DNA of 64,000 bases, from positions 60,973 to 124,972 of the forward strand of contig CAWJZV010000028.1 in the NCBI GenBank assembly GCA_963847445.1, in the 5' to 3' direction. Positions 1 through 10,258 of the stretch are shown here, piece by piece; the stretch's first letter is position 1; each line of letters opens with the position of its first letter. The notes below the pieces were generated by a model. The model did no database searches and was not told the DNA's origin. It saw nothing but the letters and a program-made list of their open reading frames with translations. Both the position numbers and the translations under genes were made by a program. This DNA is from an uncultured delta proteobacterium (GTDB lineage: Bacteria; Desulfobacterota; Binatia; UBA9968).

Positions 1-2
1 GT

Positions 3-569
3 ATTTTTAGTTCCCAGGCAAACGCAGCCCGGGCTTATGGCGATTTACGTTCGCTCAACCTTCACAGAGACGATCTCATTCTACTCTCGCCCGAGCCCTC
101 GTTACAACAAATCGATGCCGTCCCCACGGAAGATGGCGAGCAGCCGGGCATGGGGAAGGCCCTCGGAGGGGTGGTCGGCGGCGCGATGGGGTTAGCCGCC
201 GGCGCTGCGGTGGCGAGCCTGCTTCTCCCCGGTGTAGGAGCCGTAATTGCGATCGGTCTGGGAGCAGGGACTCTCGGACTTGGCGGAGCCGTTGCCGGGG
301 CTGCAAGTGGTGGAGCGCTTGAAGAGCTGCTTACACGCGGCTTGCCGAAAGATGAAATCTACCTCTATGAGGATGCCCTGCGACAAGGCCGCACGGTAAT
401 TGTCGTCACTTCCGAAGACGATGATCTACTGACCCAAAGCCGGCAACTCATGGAACGCAACGGCGCGGAAAGCCTGGATGCTGCTCGTGAAAAACGGTGG
501 ATAGGGCTTCCCGATACGGATGAGGTTCATTACGCTGCACCCCAGGAGGCTCGGGACAAACCCCTGTAG
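3..569 (+). CDS. General-stress-type membrane protein with Gly/Ala-rich hairpin, 5'-truncated by window edge
   Basis: Frame open from base 3 (IFSSQANAARAYGDL...) into ORF 150..569. It has a glycine-zipper segment followed by GLPKDEIYLYEDALRQGRTVIVV. Confidence 0.7.
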   Translation: MFSSQANAARAYGDLRSLNLHRDDLILLSPEPSLQQIDAVPTEDGEQPGMGKALGGVVGGAMGLAAGAAVASLLLPGVGAVIAIGLGAGTLGLGGAVAGAASGGALEELLTRGLPKDEIYLYEDALRQGRTVIVVTSEDDDLLTQSRQLMERNGAESLDAAREKRWIGLPDTDEVHYAAPQEARDKPL

Positions 570-641
570 CGATCTGGATTTCAAGCCGCGATGGCACCTG
601 ATCAGTAGCCCGTCCCCTTTCACGGATGCTTTTCTCTTGTC

Positions 642-962
642 TTATTTCACGACCGCAACGACCAAAGCTAGTAGTGCGATTAATCCTACGCCCGCTCCCA
701 CCACGGCCAAAATTTTCAGGGATTTTTGCACGGTTTGAAGAACCGTTTCGATGAGTTTCAGCTTGTCGTTCATCTCCTGATTGACTGCGGCCTGTAATTC
801 TAGCGCCTTCTTTAGATCGTCGAGTTGATTCTGAGTCCCAGCTCCGGGTTTTCGAATTGTCTCGACTAATTGGCGAATTTGCTCGATGGAAACATTGACC
901 GCAGGGGTGACAGTCGCTAGTTGTATCAGCAGTTTAGCGATTGCTGTGATTGGAAACATCAT
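642..962 (-). CDS. Hypothetical coiled-coil protein with C-terminal TM helix
   Basis: MMFPITAIAKLL start within ORF 642..1046, heptad-like middle and hydrophobic C-terminus. Confidence 0.55.
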   Translation of the reverse strand: MMFPITAIAKLLIQLATVTPAVNVSIEQIRQLVETIRKPGAGTQNQLDDLKKALELQAAVNQEMNDKLKLIETVLQTVQKSLKILAVVGAGVGLIALLALVVAVVK

Positions 963-1064
963 GACGCTCGTTTCGCCAGTGCGACAATTATAGTTGCCCG
1001 ATGGAGCCTCTGCAGCTACGCTACTTCGGCAGTCAGGCACAGCCACTTTCGGCAGCTTAGCGCT

Positions 1065-1232
1065 TCAGCGTTTCGCTCTAGAAACGAGCCAGATGACAAG
1101 GCCGAGAATTGCAAAAACCAGAAGCACTCCGACCCACACTCCGGCCTTAAAAATGGCTGCAACCAGCTCACAGCCAGACAGCGCGACTGAAGAAAAAAGC
1201 ACACCCACCGACAACCACCACGATTGTTTCAT
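1065..1232 (-). CDS. Small (55 aa) membrane lipoprotein
   Basis: GGAGGG RBS before MKQSWW. Lipobox-like LSGC is followed by IFKAGVWVG and a TM helix. Confidence 0.65.
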   Translation of the reverse strand: MKQSWWLSVGVLFSSVALSGCELVAAIFKAGVWVGVLLVFAILGLVIWLVSRAKR

Positions 1233-1576
1233 AGAAGCCCTCCAGGATTCCGATTTAGTGGCTAGTAGTCTAACAAGTAAAACGAACCGGACAAGTAATG
1301 TGATTACTGAAACTGAATTGGGCAGGACGCGACACGCGCCGCGTAAGGAGGCAGGATTAAATTCACTAGAGCGACGCACAGAAAACCAATCGCCCTGAGA
1401 AGGGCTGCTGCAATAACTAAAGATTTTACTGAAAGCCCTCACGTTTCCTCCTGGATCAAAACAATTACGGTCTGTGAAATTGGCGCTAGCTCACAGAGAA
1501 CGCGCAGATACGAGCGGTTTTGAAGCTCCAACATCTGGCAGAGGGATATTTTTGTGCGCTTCGATAACATTGTGAT

Positions 1577-2115
1577 TCAGTAACTCCAAGTCTCGTGCGC
1601 CAGCGGAGCCGCGTTCAATTCAGCGCGCCGCGATCTCCATTGGGGCAGAAATTTGCTTATCAGCGCGGTGAAGTTGTCGTTATGATGCCGCTCCAACAGG
1701 TGGATCAATTCGTGGACGATGATGTATTCGAGACACTGCACTGGCTTCTTTGCGAGTTCGAGGTTTAGCCAGATGCGGCGGGCTTCAACATTACATGCAC
1801 CCCACTTCGTCTTCATCTTTTTGATCGCCCATTGTTTTGCTTGAACACCTAGCTTGGTTTGCCATTTTTCCACGAGCGGCGGGAGCAATTCCTTTAATTG
1901 CTGGCGATACCAGTGCTGCAATACCCGTTCGCGTTGTTCAGGCTTGCTATCTCGCCTCACATAAAGTTCGATCGCCGACTTATTCCGTACAATCACTTTT
2001 GCCGGACCGTGGTCCTGGACCACATGGAGCCGATAACGCTGTCCCAAGAAAAAGTGACTCTCTCCGCTCGCCATCTCACGCGCCGATTGTCGTGGTTGAG
2101 CAGCAAACCTTTCCG
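1577..2115 (-). pseudogene. M48/YgjP (DUF45) metallopeptidase, N-terminally truncated
   Basis: MKTKWGAC and EYIIVHELIH (HEXXH) motifs. Upstream in-frame ...FAAQPRQSAREMASGESH abuts hsdM sequence and the N-terminal region is missing. Confidence 0.8.
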
Positions 2116-3946
2116 TATTGCACCGCGACTTTCGCTAGCAATGCTTCCTGCGCGGCTTTGACCTTGGCGCTGGTCGCCCCTTCTTTTTCGACGAGAGCAA
2201 GATACTCTTTCAGCACTTTGCGCTCGTCCGCCGCGTCTGCGTCACCCTTGATTTCGTTCAACCGCGCCGCGCCCGACGCTTTGGTGAGCTTGTCCTTGTC
2301 GTTCTTCGCCTCTTCCAGCAGTCCTTCCTCGCCGCTGTTTTCCTCGGCCATTTCTTCCATCGCCTGCTCGATGGCCGCGACTTCGGCTTCCAGTTTGTCG
2401 ATGGCCGTCTGCTCGGCGGCGAAGTAGCGTGCGATGACCAACGGCGGCCTTCAGTTGGCTGTAGAGCCGGGGCGGTCCGCCTTCTTGAACAATGTCGCGC
2501 GCACGGCGGGAATGACCTGCCAGTAGCGTTCGAGCGCGTCAATGTCGCGCTCCGGGATGCCGCCGTTCAGATGGCCGTCGATGTCCTGCAAGTCCTCCGG
2601 CTCGCTGCTGTCGATGTAGCGCGGCAGGTTGAGATTGTAATCGTTCTTTGGGTCGCTGATCTCCGCCAGCGAAACCATGCGCGAGTAGCGTTTGATTTCT
2701 AGCTGTCGCGTAAAGGTGTCGACGATCTTGTGGATGTCCTGGGCGCGCAGGCGGTTCTTATTGCCGTCTTTGATGAAGCCCTTTGACGCATCGATCATGA
2801 AGATACCCTTGCGGGCGGCGGCGTTTTCCTTGTCGAGCACGATGATGCACGCGGGAATGCCGGTGCCGTAGAAAAGGTTGGCGGGCAGGCCGATGATGCC
2901 TTTGATGTAACCACGGCGTATGACGTTTTTGCGGATATCGGCCTCTGCCCCGCCACGGAATAAAACTCCGTGCGGCAGATTGACCGCCGCCTTGCCGGTG
3001 CTCTTCAGCGTTGTGAGAATATGCAGCAAGAAGGCAAAGTCGCCGTTCTTCGTCGGCGGTATGCCGAACTCGAAGCGGCCATACTCGTCGTTGGCCGGAT
3101 TGAAGCCAGTGGTCCACGATTTGAATGAGAACGGCGGATTGGCAACGATAAAGTCGAAAAGTTTAAGTCGGCCGTCGCGCTCCTTGAAATGCGGACTTGA
3201 GAGAACGTTGTCCTGCCAGATTTCCGCCGTGGACAGCCGTGCAGGATCATATTCATGCGCGCCAAAGCCGCCGTGGCATTATCCATTTCCTGCCCGTAGA
3301 TGGCGAGGTCGAGACCCGTGCGGCTTTTGGCTTCGTCGTGGGCCTTGATCAGCAGGGAGGCAGAGCCGCAGGTGAGATCGTGGATGGACTGGTCGTTGGA
3401 CGTAGCGCTGCCAATACCGATGACTCGCGACATGATGATGGAAACTTCAGCGGGAGTGTAGAACTGCCCCTTGCTCTTGCCGGATTCGGTGGCGAAGTGG
3501 CGCATCAGGTATTCGTAGGCGTCACCGAGAATGTCGTCGCCCTCGGCGCGGTTGCCGCGAAAATCCAGCGCGGGGTTGTCGAAGATGCCGACCAGGTTCG
3601 AGAGGCGATCCACCATCTCCTTGCCCTTGCCGAGTTTATCTTCGTTATTAAAGTCGGCGACGTCGATGACGCCCTTGAGGTCGTTGGCCTCGGCAAGCTT
3701 GGCGATGATCTTGTTCATCTTGTCACCGATCTCTTTATCGCCCCTGGCCGCCACCATGTCGGCAAAGCCGCCGCCCTTGGGCACGTCGAGCAGCGCGTCC
3801 TTTTGCCCGGCGTACTTGTCGGAAACGTATTTCACGAACAGCAAGACCAGCACGTAGTCCTTGTACTGCGACGCATCCATGCCGCCGCGCAGTTCGTCGC
3901 AGCTCGCCCAGAGCGAAGAGTAGAGTTCAGATTTTTTGATGGCCAT
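2076..3946 (-). pseudogene. hsdM: Type I restriction-modification methyltransferase subunit M, disrupted
   Basis: MAIKKSELYSSLWASCDELRGGMDASQYKDY, GQFYTP, VANPPF and LPHGVLFRG motifs. Frameshift near 3230, break/deletion near 2450 and truncated C-terminus. Confidence 0.9.
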
Positions 3947-4287
3947 GAGCTAAGTGAGTCATTCTAATGGTGAGAGCTTGCGGCAATTACTCTGCGCCTT
4001 ATAAAAAATCTTTCAACAAGACAGTCGTAATGACCACGGTTGGTGTTTTCAGCAAACGGTCCGCTCTCAAACCGTTCAAGCCCGGTCCTCCGACTTTGCT
4101 TGGCTTCGCTCAGGATAGGCACTCCGGCTAAGACGTTTTAATAGCGCGGGGAATGGACTCGGCCCAAATTTTCGTCACTCTACTGGAATCGGCGATGTGG
4201 CAAGGGTTCTAATAATAACGCTGTTCAAGGTTCAAGGGTTCAACGTTCAACGACTGATTTGGGCGGGATGAAGGCAAGGATAGGTAC

Positions 4288-4400
4288 GTTCAAAAGCTCA
4301 AGGCCAGATCTGCGGGCAAGCTCGCGCGGCGAGGACCGTTCAAGGGTTCAAAGCTTCAACGAGCTGACTGGCCGATGCCCGTCATCCCGAGTGACCGCGA
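4288..4400. repeat. Direct repeat copy 1 (~115 bp) flanking the TA module
   Basis: gttcaaaagctcaaggccagatctgcgggc...ctggccgatgcccgtcatcccgagtgaccgcga is nearly identical to 5374..5490. Confidence 0.9.
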
Positions 4401-4409
4401 TGCCTCGCT

Positions 4410-4769
4410 TCATGATTTCGCGGACTTGCGTTTCACCCGGTAGGGCACGGACGACTCCGCGACGCGGCCGCCTCGCGCCTCATCTTCGGATTCAAGAACC
4501 ACGCGCACCTTTGCGCTCAAGACCTTGGCCACGCGGCGCAACATGCTCAACGAATGACCTTCGTAAGACGGCGATTCGAGGCGGCTGATCTGTTGCTGGG
4601 AAGTCTTGAGTTTGCGCGCGAGGTCCTTTTGCGAGAGGCCGGCCTTCTCGCGCAGCGCCACAATCTGCAACGCCACATCCCACGCCTCGCCTGCCCGCTT
4701 GAACCGTGCCGCGAAATCCGGGTCGCGGAGTTGCTCTTCCAGAAAAACATCAAAGTTCGTCTTGCTCAT
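4410..4769 (-). CDS. XRE/HTH antitoxin (HigA-like)
   Basis: LREKAGLSQKDLARKLKTSQQQISRLE HTH; overlaps the toxin stop (ATGA coupling). Confidence 0.88.
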   Translation of the reverse strand: MSKTNFDVFLEEQLRDPDFAARFKRAGEAWDVALQIVALREKAGLSQKDLARKLKTSQQQISRLESPSYEGHSLSMLRRVAKVLSAKVRVVLESEDEARGGRVAESSVPYRVKRKSAKS

Positions 4770-5125
4770 CGCTCATTCCTTTCTTGCCAGTCGCGCATCC
4801 GGGCCCGTGCGGTGTCGAGGTCGCGAGCCGGGATCGCCTGGCCTTTGTTGCGGACGCCGTGAACTGCGACGATGCGCCGGCCTTTCATAAAGAACCACAG
4901 CACGCGCGTGTTCAACTTGCCAACGTGGCGCAATTCAAACAGGCCGTCGTTCAGCGCCTTGGTCAGCGGCTCGCGGTGATACAGGCGATGGCGCAGTTTC
5001 TCCAACCCCGCTGTCACCGCTGCAAAGTCGCCGGGATCGCTGGCCTTGAGTTCCAGCAGAAACTCCCGCACCGGAGATTGTCCGCTGGCACTCATGTAAA
5101 ACTCTACAGTGAACTCCATAGACAT
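4766..5125 (-). CDS. Type II TA toxin, RelE/ParE (Gp49/HigB-like) family
   Basis: FY..ASGQSPVREFL, GLFELR, RVLWFF and VHG..NK motifs; toxin-first order. Confidence 0.88.
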   Translation of the reverse strand: MSMEFTVEFYMSASGQSPVREFLLELKASDPGDFAAVTAGLEKLRHRLYHREPLTKALNDGLFELRHVGKLNTRVLWFFMKGRRIVAVHGVRNKGQAIPARDLDTARARMRDWQERNER

Positions 5126-5131
5126 GCAACA

Positions 5132-5270
5132 TCAATTTTGGTGTGGTTCTGGCGGGTCCATCTCCGTCCGCTTCACAGCCGCCAAGTCCGCGTCCGAAAT
5201 GCGGCGGCGCTGGCCGGTGACGCACTCGTGAATCAGCGACTGGCGGCAGGCGGTGAGTGTGGTGATCGGC
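5132..5270 (-). pseudogene. hsdS: C-terminal remnant of type I RM specificity subunit
   Basis: ITTLTACRQSLIHECVTGQRR resembles the conserved HsdS C-terminal helix (L..YRxSLI...VTG); no N-terminal portion. Confidence 0.65.
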
Positions 5271-5291
5271 AATTCGATGCCGGACATGACG

Positions 5292-5333
5292 CTCAAATCG
5301 TTCAAGCCGTTCAACCGCTTCGCTCCGCTCAAA
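5292..5333. repeat. TTCAA-unit repeat arm
   Basis: ttcaagccgttcaaccgcttcgctccgctcaaa is the reverse complement of the right arm of the elements at 19826 and 21705. Confidence 0.75.
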
Positions 5334-5373
5334 ATGTTACCTGATTGCCTAAGCCCTGATCAAAGGTTCAACA

Positions 5374-5490
5374 GTTCAAAAGCTCAAGGCCAGATCTGCG
5401 GGCAGGCTCGCGCAGCGAAAGCCGTTCAAATGTTCAAGGGAAGCTTCAACGAGCTGACTGGCCGATGCCCGTCATCCCGAGTGACCGCGA
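5374..5490. repeat. Direct repeat copy 2, continuing into a GTCATCCCGAG...GAAATCAC palindromic element (to ~5528)
   Basis: Matches 4288..4400; tail resembles 59534..59590. Confidence 0.9.
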
Positions 5491-5661
5491 GGGATCGCAG
5501 AACGATTTCTCCCTGGGGTCGAAATCACAGCGAATCCGAACTTGACGTTTTTAGCGTGGCGTAACTAACGGTGGGCGATCAGATCGAGGCCGCGGCAGGC
5601 GAAGCAATGATGACAGGTTCGACTTTTCGCCGTCGCCTGCCGTGGCGCGAGTGGCTGCCGC

Positions 5662-6090
5662 CTATGCCTTGCCATGCGACGGCACCACGAGCACCGGGCA
5701 TTTCGCCGCGCGCAGCAGTCTATCCGTGACGCTGCCGATCAGCATGCGCGACAGGCCGCTGCGGCCATGGGACGACATGACCACCAGATCGATTTGCTCA
5801 TTCTCGGCGCAGTCGACGATGGCGCTGTAAGGCTGGCCGGCGACCACCACTTCGCGGAGTTTCACGTCGGCGCCGTGATTGGGAACGGCCTTGGCGACAA
5901 ACTCGGCGAGCCGCACTTTGTGCGCTTCGATCTCGCCTTTGCCGACGGTATTGGTTTCATCGAGGACAATGACATTCATGACGATGACCTCGGCCCCGAC
6001 CTGGCTGGCCAAGAGGCAGGCATAGCGAACCCCTTCGCCCGAGAGTTCGGAGAAATCGGTCGGCGCGAGAATCTTTTTCACCACGGCCAT
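5662..6090 (-). CDS. Universal stress protein
   Basis: KKILAPTDFS and SHGRSGL..LIGSVTDRLLR..CPVLVV motifs. Confidence 0.95.
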   Translation of the reverse strand: MAVVKKILAPTDFSELSGEGVRYACLLASQVGAEVIVMNVIVLDETNTVGKGEIEAHKVRLAEFVAKAVPNHGADVKLREVVVAGQPYSAIVDCAENEQIDLVVMSSHGRSGLSRMLIGSVTDRLLRAAKCPVLVVPSHGKA

Positions 6091-6144
6091 AGCGAACCCC
6101 TTTCTACCGTTTAATTCTTATGCTCAAGCAGCCATTATACCTAG

Positions 6145-6160
6145 TGCAACCGAGATGCCA
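6145..6160 (-). promoter_or_regulatory. Putative sigma-54 promoter
   Basis: Minus strand TGGCATCTCGGTTGCA (GG-N10-GC), upstream of USP. Confidence 0.7.
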
Positions 6161-6462
6161 CCGAAGGCTGCAAAAACCCTTGAAGATTGTCAAAGCTCTT
6201 CCCATAGTCGCAAAAAACTACTGGCATAAAGAGCAAAATTTCTCAAGATTGGCAATCTGTCGGCAAATTGTCGAGTGCCGTGGTTTGAAATTCACCACGG
6301 CACAACCAATTCCACCGTGTGATCGTTGGTGCAAGTAAAAACCCACAGTCTGCCGGAAGTTCTTACGGCGTCGTTCGCCGCGAAACGCCCCGGTTTTTAA
6401 AATTCGCTGCGGTAATGGTCGCCCCAAATACGAGCGCCGACCCACCGTCGGTGTTCGAGCAG

Positions 6463-7326
6463 TTAGTAGCCTTTTTCCAAGCACCAGTTGGCGATTTCGA
6501 TGCGCCGGGCAAACCAGACTTTGGCGAAGCCTTTAGCGTAACGGATAAACTCGTCGACGATCTTAGCCCGAAACGGCACGCCGGAAACGAACGGATGCAG
6601 ATTGAAGGCAAAAAACTTCGGCGCGCCTTGTTCGCCTTCCCAATAGAGATAGTCGAATTGATCTTTCATGATTTGCAGCAGATCGCGAGGGGTTCTGCCG
6701 GCGCCGTAGGTCGAGTAATCGTTGCAGCCGGGAACGTTGTAGGGCACGACAACGACTTTTCGTCCGCCTGATTCCACTGTGTACGGATTGTCAGAATTCA
6801 ACGGATCGGCCCACCAGACAAAGCCGGCTTCGGCGACCAATTCCAACGTATGCGGCGTCGACGCATGCCCCGGAGAAAGGTATCCGGTGGGCTTTCGGCC
6901 CAACACCTTTTCAAAAGCAGCGACGGTTTTTTGTATCGACTCGCGCTCCTGCTCGCGGGTGTACATGAAGGAATACTCATGTTCGTAGCTTTCCGCGGAG
7001 AATTCATGGCCTTGGGCCTGAAACCCTGTGCATTCCGCGGCAAACTGCTCGACCTTGAGACCGTTCATCAAGAAAGTGACCTTGAGGCCGTGGCGCTCGA
7101 ACATGTCCATGATGCGCCAGATGCCGATGCGGTCGCCGTATTCTCGTTCCGTCACCGCCGCCAGGTTTTTCTTAAACACCGCGTTGGCGGGCGGAATCGT
7201 ATGGGTGCCGTGGCGCTGTAGCGACTCGCGAGTGGCGAAATTCTCCGGCCACACTTCCCAGGGGATGATAAAGGTAACGCAAATATTGGCCTTATCCGGC
7301 CATTCGATGATTTTTGGTCTCGGCAT
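6463..7326 (-). CDS. Polysaccharide deacetylase (CE4/PuuE-like) family protein
   Basis: EYGDRIGIWRI, GYLSPG, DQFDYLYWEG and LHPFVSG motifs. Confidence 0.85.
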   Translation of the reverse strand: MPRPKIIEWPDKANICVTFIIPWEVWPENFATRESLQRHGTHTIPPANAVFKKNLAAVTEREYGDRIGIWRIMDMFERHGLKVTFLMNGLKVEQFAAECTGFQAQGHEFSAESYEHEYSFMYTREQERESIQKTVAAFEKVLGRKPTGYLSPGHASTPHTLELVAEAGFVWWADPLNSDNPYTVESGGRKVVVVPYNVPGCNDYSTYGAGRTPRDLLQIMKDQFDYLYWEGEQGAPKFFAFNLHPFVSGVPFRAKIVDEFIRYAKGFAKVWFARRIEIANWCLEKGY

Positions 7327-7468
7327 GAAGCTCTCCTTTGCGGACTTTACGTTAACAAGATTTAACCTTTTTCATCTGCCGGCGGCGCAGCTGATCGACC
7401 AGCGAGAGGCGCCAAGGTAAATCAGCTCACGTGTTCTTCACGCATTAACCATGACAGGAAGCCGGAAA

Positions 7469-8125
7469 CTAATCCGGCACGTACCACAGCACTGCGGCAA
7501 AATGACACGCGGTGCCCGTGAGCACGAATAGATGCCAGACCAAGTGGCCGTAACGAAGCCGCCTAGTCGCAAAGAAGGTCACCCCCGCCGTGTACGCGAT
7601 ACCGCCGGCTAATAGCCAGAGGAAACCCGGCAGGCGTAGATTGAGCCGGAGCGGCTCAATCGCGACTATGACCAGCCAGCCCATGGCGATATACAGGCTG
7701 GTCGAAAGTTTTGGATACCGGACACCGCCAATAACTTTGAAAGTGACGCCAACGAGGGCCAACCCCCACACCAGCCCCAATAGCGTCGAGCCCCAAGTCC
7801 CGCGCAGCGGGCCGAGCATGAACGGCGTGTAGGTACCGGCGATCAGGAGGAAGATTGCTCCGTGATCGAGAATTCGGAATAACCGCTTGGCCCGATTCAT
7901 CGGCAACGCGTGATAGAGAGTAGATGTAAGGTACGCCAGCACCATTGTTGTCCCGAAGATAGTCGCGCCCACTAAATCAGCCACGCTGCCGCGCTGAAGG
8001 GCAGCAACCACGAGGACCAGCGCCGCGATCAGCGCCAACAGCAAGCCGACGCCGTGGCTGACGGCATTGGCGATTTCCTCTCCGACGGATTGGCTGCGTT
8101 CCGGCAAGGCGCGCGCTTCACTCAT
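7469..8125 (-). CDS. Hemolysin III / PAQR family membrane protein
   Basis: EEIANAVSHG, STLYH, DHGAIFLLIAGTYTP and HLVWHLFV motifs. Confidence 0.95.
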   Translation of the reverse strand: MSEARALPERSQSVGEEIANAVSHGVGLLLALIAALVLVVAALQRGSVADLVGATIFGTTMVLAYLTSTLYHALPMNRAKRLFRILDHGAIFLLIAGTYTPFMLGPLRGTWGSTLLGLVWGLALVGVTFKVIGGVRYPKLSTSLYIAMGWLVIVAIEPLRLNLRLPGFLWLLAGGIAYTAGVTFFATRRLRYGHLVWHLFVLTGTACHFAAVLWYVPD

Positions 8126-8149
8126 AACTTTTTGCCGGGCAAAGAATAT

Positions 8150-8675
8150 TTACTCCAAGGAGCCACCCGGTTGGGCTACCGGCCCGAGCGCTAACTCCAA
8201 AGCCCAAATATCAAGCCCTCCGGAAATGGGATATGCAGAAGACCGGTCAAAGAGGCCTTCCATAAAAACCCAAGCAGCTGCCGTTAGAAAAATGGTGAGC
8301 ATCCAGGGTTCTCGGCCGGCTATTTTCAAATAGGCAAAAACAAAGATTGGCACTGCGAGAGGAAAGCCAACCAACAGAATGAGCACCATAAAGCCCAGCG
8401 TCCAGACAATTATTGCTATCGTTCTCTTCCTGGCCAAGGCAGGCTCGACTGTTTCGGTAAGTTGAAAATCCACCGCATGACCCTCGTGTTCTTTTTCGCT
8501 GCCCCAGACGCACAGGGCCCATTCGATCACAGGCGAGGAAAAGAATCGGCAGCGCGATAATCCTTGGGAACAGCGCGGTTCGAAACGGCCAGCTCCATGA
8601 TGCGTAAAGAGCATAACCGGCAACACCTGCAGCCGCTAAGCTGAGGATGCAACGAAGACTCAAGAAACGCTTCAC
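8150..8675 (-). CDS. tctB: Tripartite tricarboxylate transporter TctB (frameshifted)
   Basis: Hydrophobic helices split over ORFs 8247..8675 and 8150..8626; follows tctA. Confidence 0.75.
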
Positions 8676-10183
8676 AACTGGTTTCCTCCGGTCGACGGTT
8701 TCCCTTTAAATCGGATAAAGGGTAGGAAAACCACGATGACTGTCAAAGCGATGAGAACCAAGACCAGCGGGCGCATCGCCCAGGACGAACCGTAGCGAAT
8801 GGTTGAAATATAGAAATTGTTCTCCGCTATCCTGCCCAAAACAAAGCCGAGAACCAGAGGGGCTCGGGGCCAGCCGCATTTGATCATGAGATAGCCGAGA
8901 AAGCCGAACGCTAGCAAAACCAGCAAATCTCCCAAATGATTGTTGGAGGTATAGGCCCCAATGAAAGCGAAGAATAGGATAAACGGGATAAGCACTGTGC
9001 CGCGGATCAGCGTGAGCTTGGCCAGGTAATTCAGAAAAAAAAGGCTGACTGCCACGGTGATAATATTGGCGACGACCATCGTCCAGACCATGGAAAAGGT
9101 AAGAACGAGATGCTTATTCAACATGTCCGGACCGGGCATAATTCCCAGAAGGAAAAACGCGCCCAGGAGAATGGCCATGGAAGAGCTGCCGGGAACTCCG
9201 AACGCAATGGTTGGGATGAGAGACCCGCCTTCCTTGGAGTTATTAGCCGCGCCGGGACCCAAAACGCCCCGGACGTCTCCTTGGCCAAACCCCGCTCGCT
9301 CCTCACTAGTGCGCGCGCTCTGCACCGCATGACCATAAGCGATCCACTGCGCCACCCCGCCACCTAAGCCCGGCATGATGCCGATGAAGGTGCCGACGAG
9401 GCTGCATCGGACAGTTAGCCACAAATGCACGAACGTATCTTTGACCCCGACCCAAACGCCTTTGCCAAGATTTTCCTGCGGCAGCTCGCCCGAGATCGAC
9501 GTCCCTCTGACGGCAAGGTCGATGATCTCGGGAATGGCGAATACGCCCACCAAGACGGGATCAAGTCGAGCCCGTTCCATAGATAGAGCTGGCCGAAGGT
9601 GAAGCGCAGAACTCCCGCCTGGGGATCTTGGCCGACGAGGGCGAACAGGAGTCCCAAAAGTCCGGCGAGAACTCCGCGCAACAAGGCGCCGTCCCCCCTC
9701 TCCGCTCAACGACGAGATAAAGGCAATGCCGACGATGGCAAGCATGAACAGTTCCGGCGCCCCAAATGAAAGAACCAGCGGGCGCACGACCGGGATCGCC
9801 AGGGCCAAGGCAAAGGCGCCAATCAAGGCGCCGATCAGGGAGCTCATGAGCGCCGCCCCCAGTGCCCGTCCGGCCTCGCCTTTCTTGGCCATTGCGTGAC
9901 CGTCCAAAACCGTTGCTGCGGTGGTCCCCTCTCCGGGAATGCCAAACAGAACCGACGTGATATCTCCGGTGGTCGAGACCACCGAGTGCATCCCCAAAAG
10001 GAAAGCAAAGGCTTCCACAGGCGTCATCTGGTAAATAAAGGGAAGCATCAGCGCCAGGGTGGTTGTGCCGCCGAGACCCGGGAGCAGTCCCACCCAGAAG
10101 CCCAGAAAGATGCCCAACAGCATCATGAGAAAAGTTTGCCATTGAAAGACGACGAAGAGTCCTTGGACAAACGCATCCAGCAT
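8672..10183 (-). CDS. tctA: Tripartite tricarboxylate transporter TctA permease (compensating indels ~9560-9690)
   Basis: GLLPGLG, GIPG, DGH.MAKKG, ANNSKEGGSLIPTIAFGVPG and RAPLVLGFVLG motifs. Confidence 0.92.
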   Translation of the reverse strand: MLDAFVQGLFVVFQWQTFLMMLLGIFLGFWVGLLPGLGGTTTLALMLPFIYQMTPVEAFAFLLGMHSVVSTTGDITSVLFGIPGEGTTAATVLDGHAMAKKGEAGRALGAALMSSLIGALIGAFALALAIPVVRPLVLSFGAPELFMLAIVGIAFISSLSGEGGRRLVARSSRRTFGTPVRPRRPRSPGGSSALHLRPALSMERARLDPVLVGVFAIPEIIDLAVRGTSISGELPQENLGKGVWVGVKDTFVHLWLTVRCSLVGTFIGIMPGLGGGVAQWIAYGHAVQSARTSEERAGFGQGDVRGVLGPGAANNSKEGGSLIPTIAFGVPGSSSMAILLGAFFLLGIMPGPDMLNKHLVLTFSMVWTMVVANIITVAVSLFFLNYLAKLTLIRGTVLIPFILFFAFIGAYTSNNHLGDLLVLLAFGFLGYLMIKCGWPRAPLVLGFVLGRIAENNFYISTIRYGSSWAMRPLVLVLIALTVIVVFLPFIRFKGKPSTGGNQL

Positions 10184-10258
10184 AGTTAGAGCACCCCAGG
10201 CGAGAGCGCGGATCAAGCCGCGCTCTCGCTGCCGCAATTATCTAATTCGCGTATAGGC

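Noticed and set aside
4288-5490. Integron cassette or IS element
   Set aside because: No integrase or transposase, no clear attC box structure and no target-site duplication recognised.
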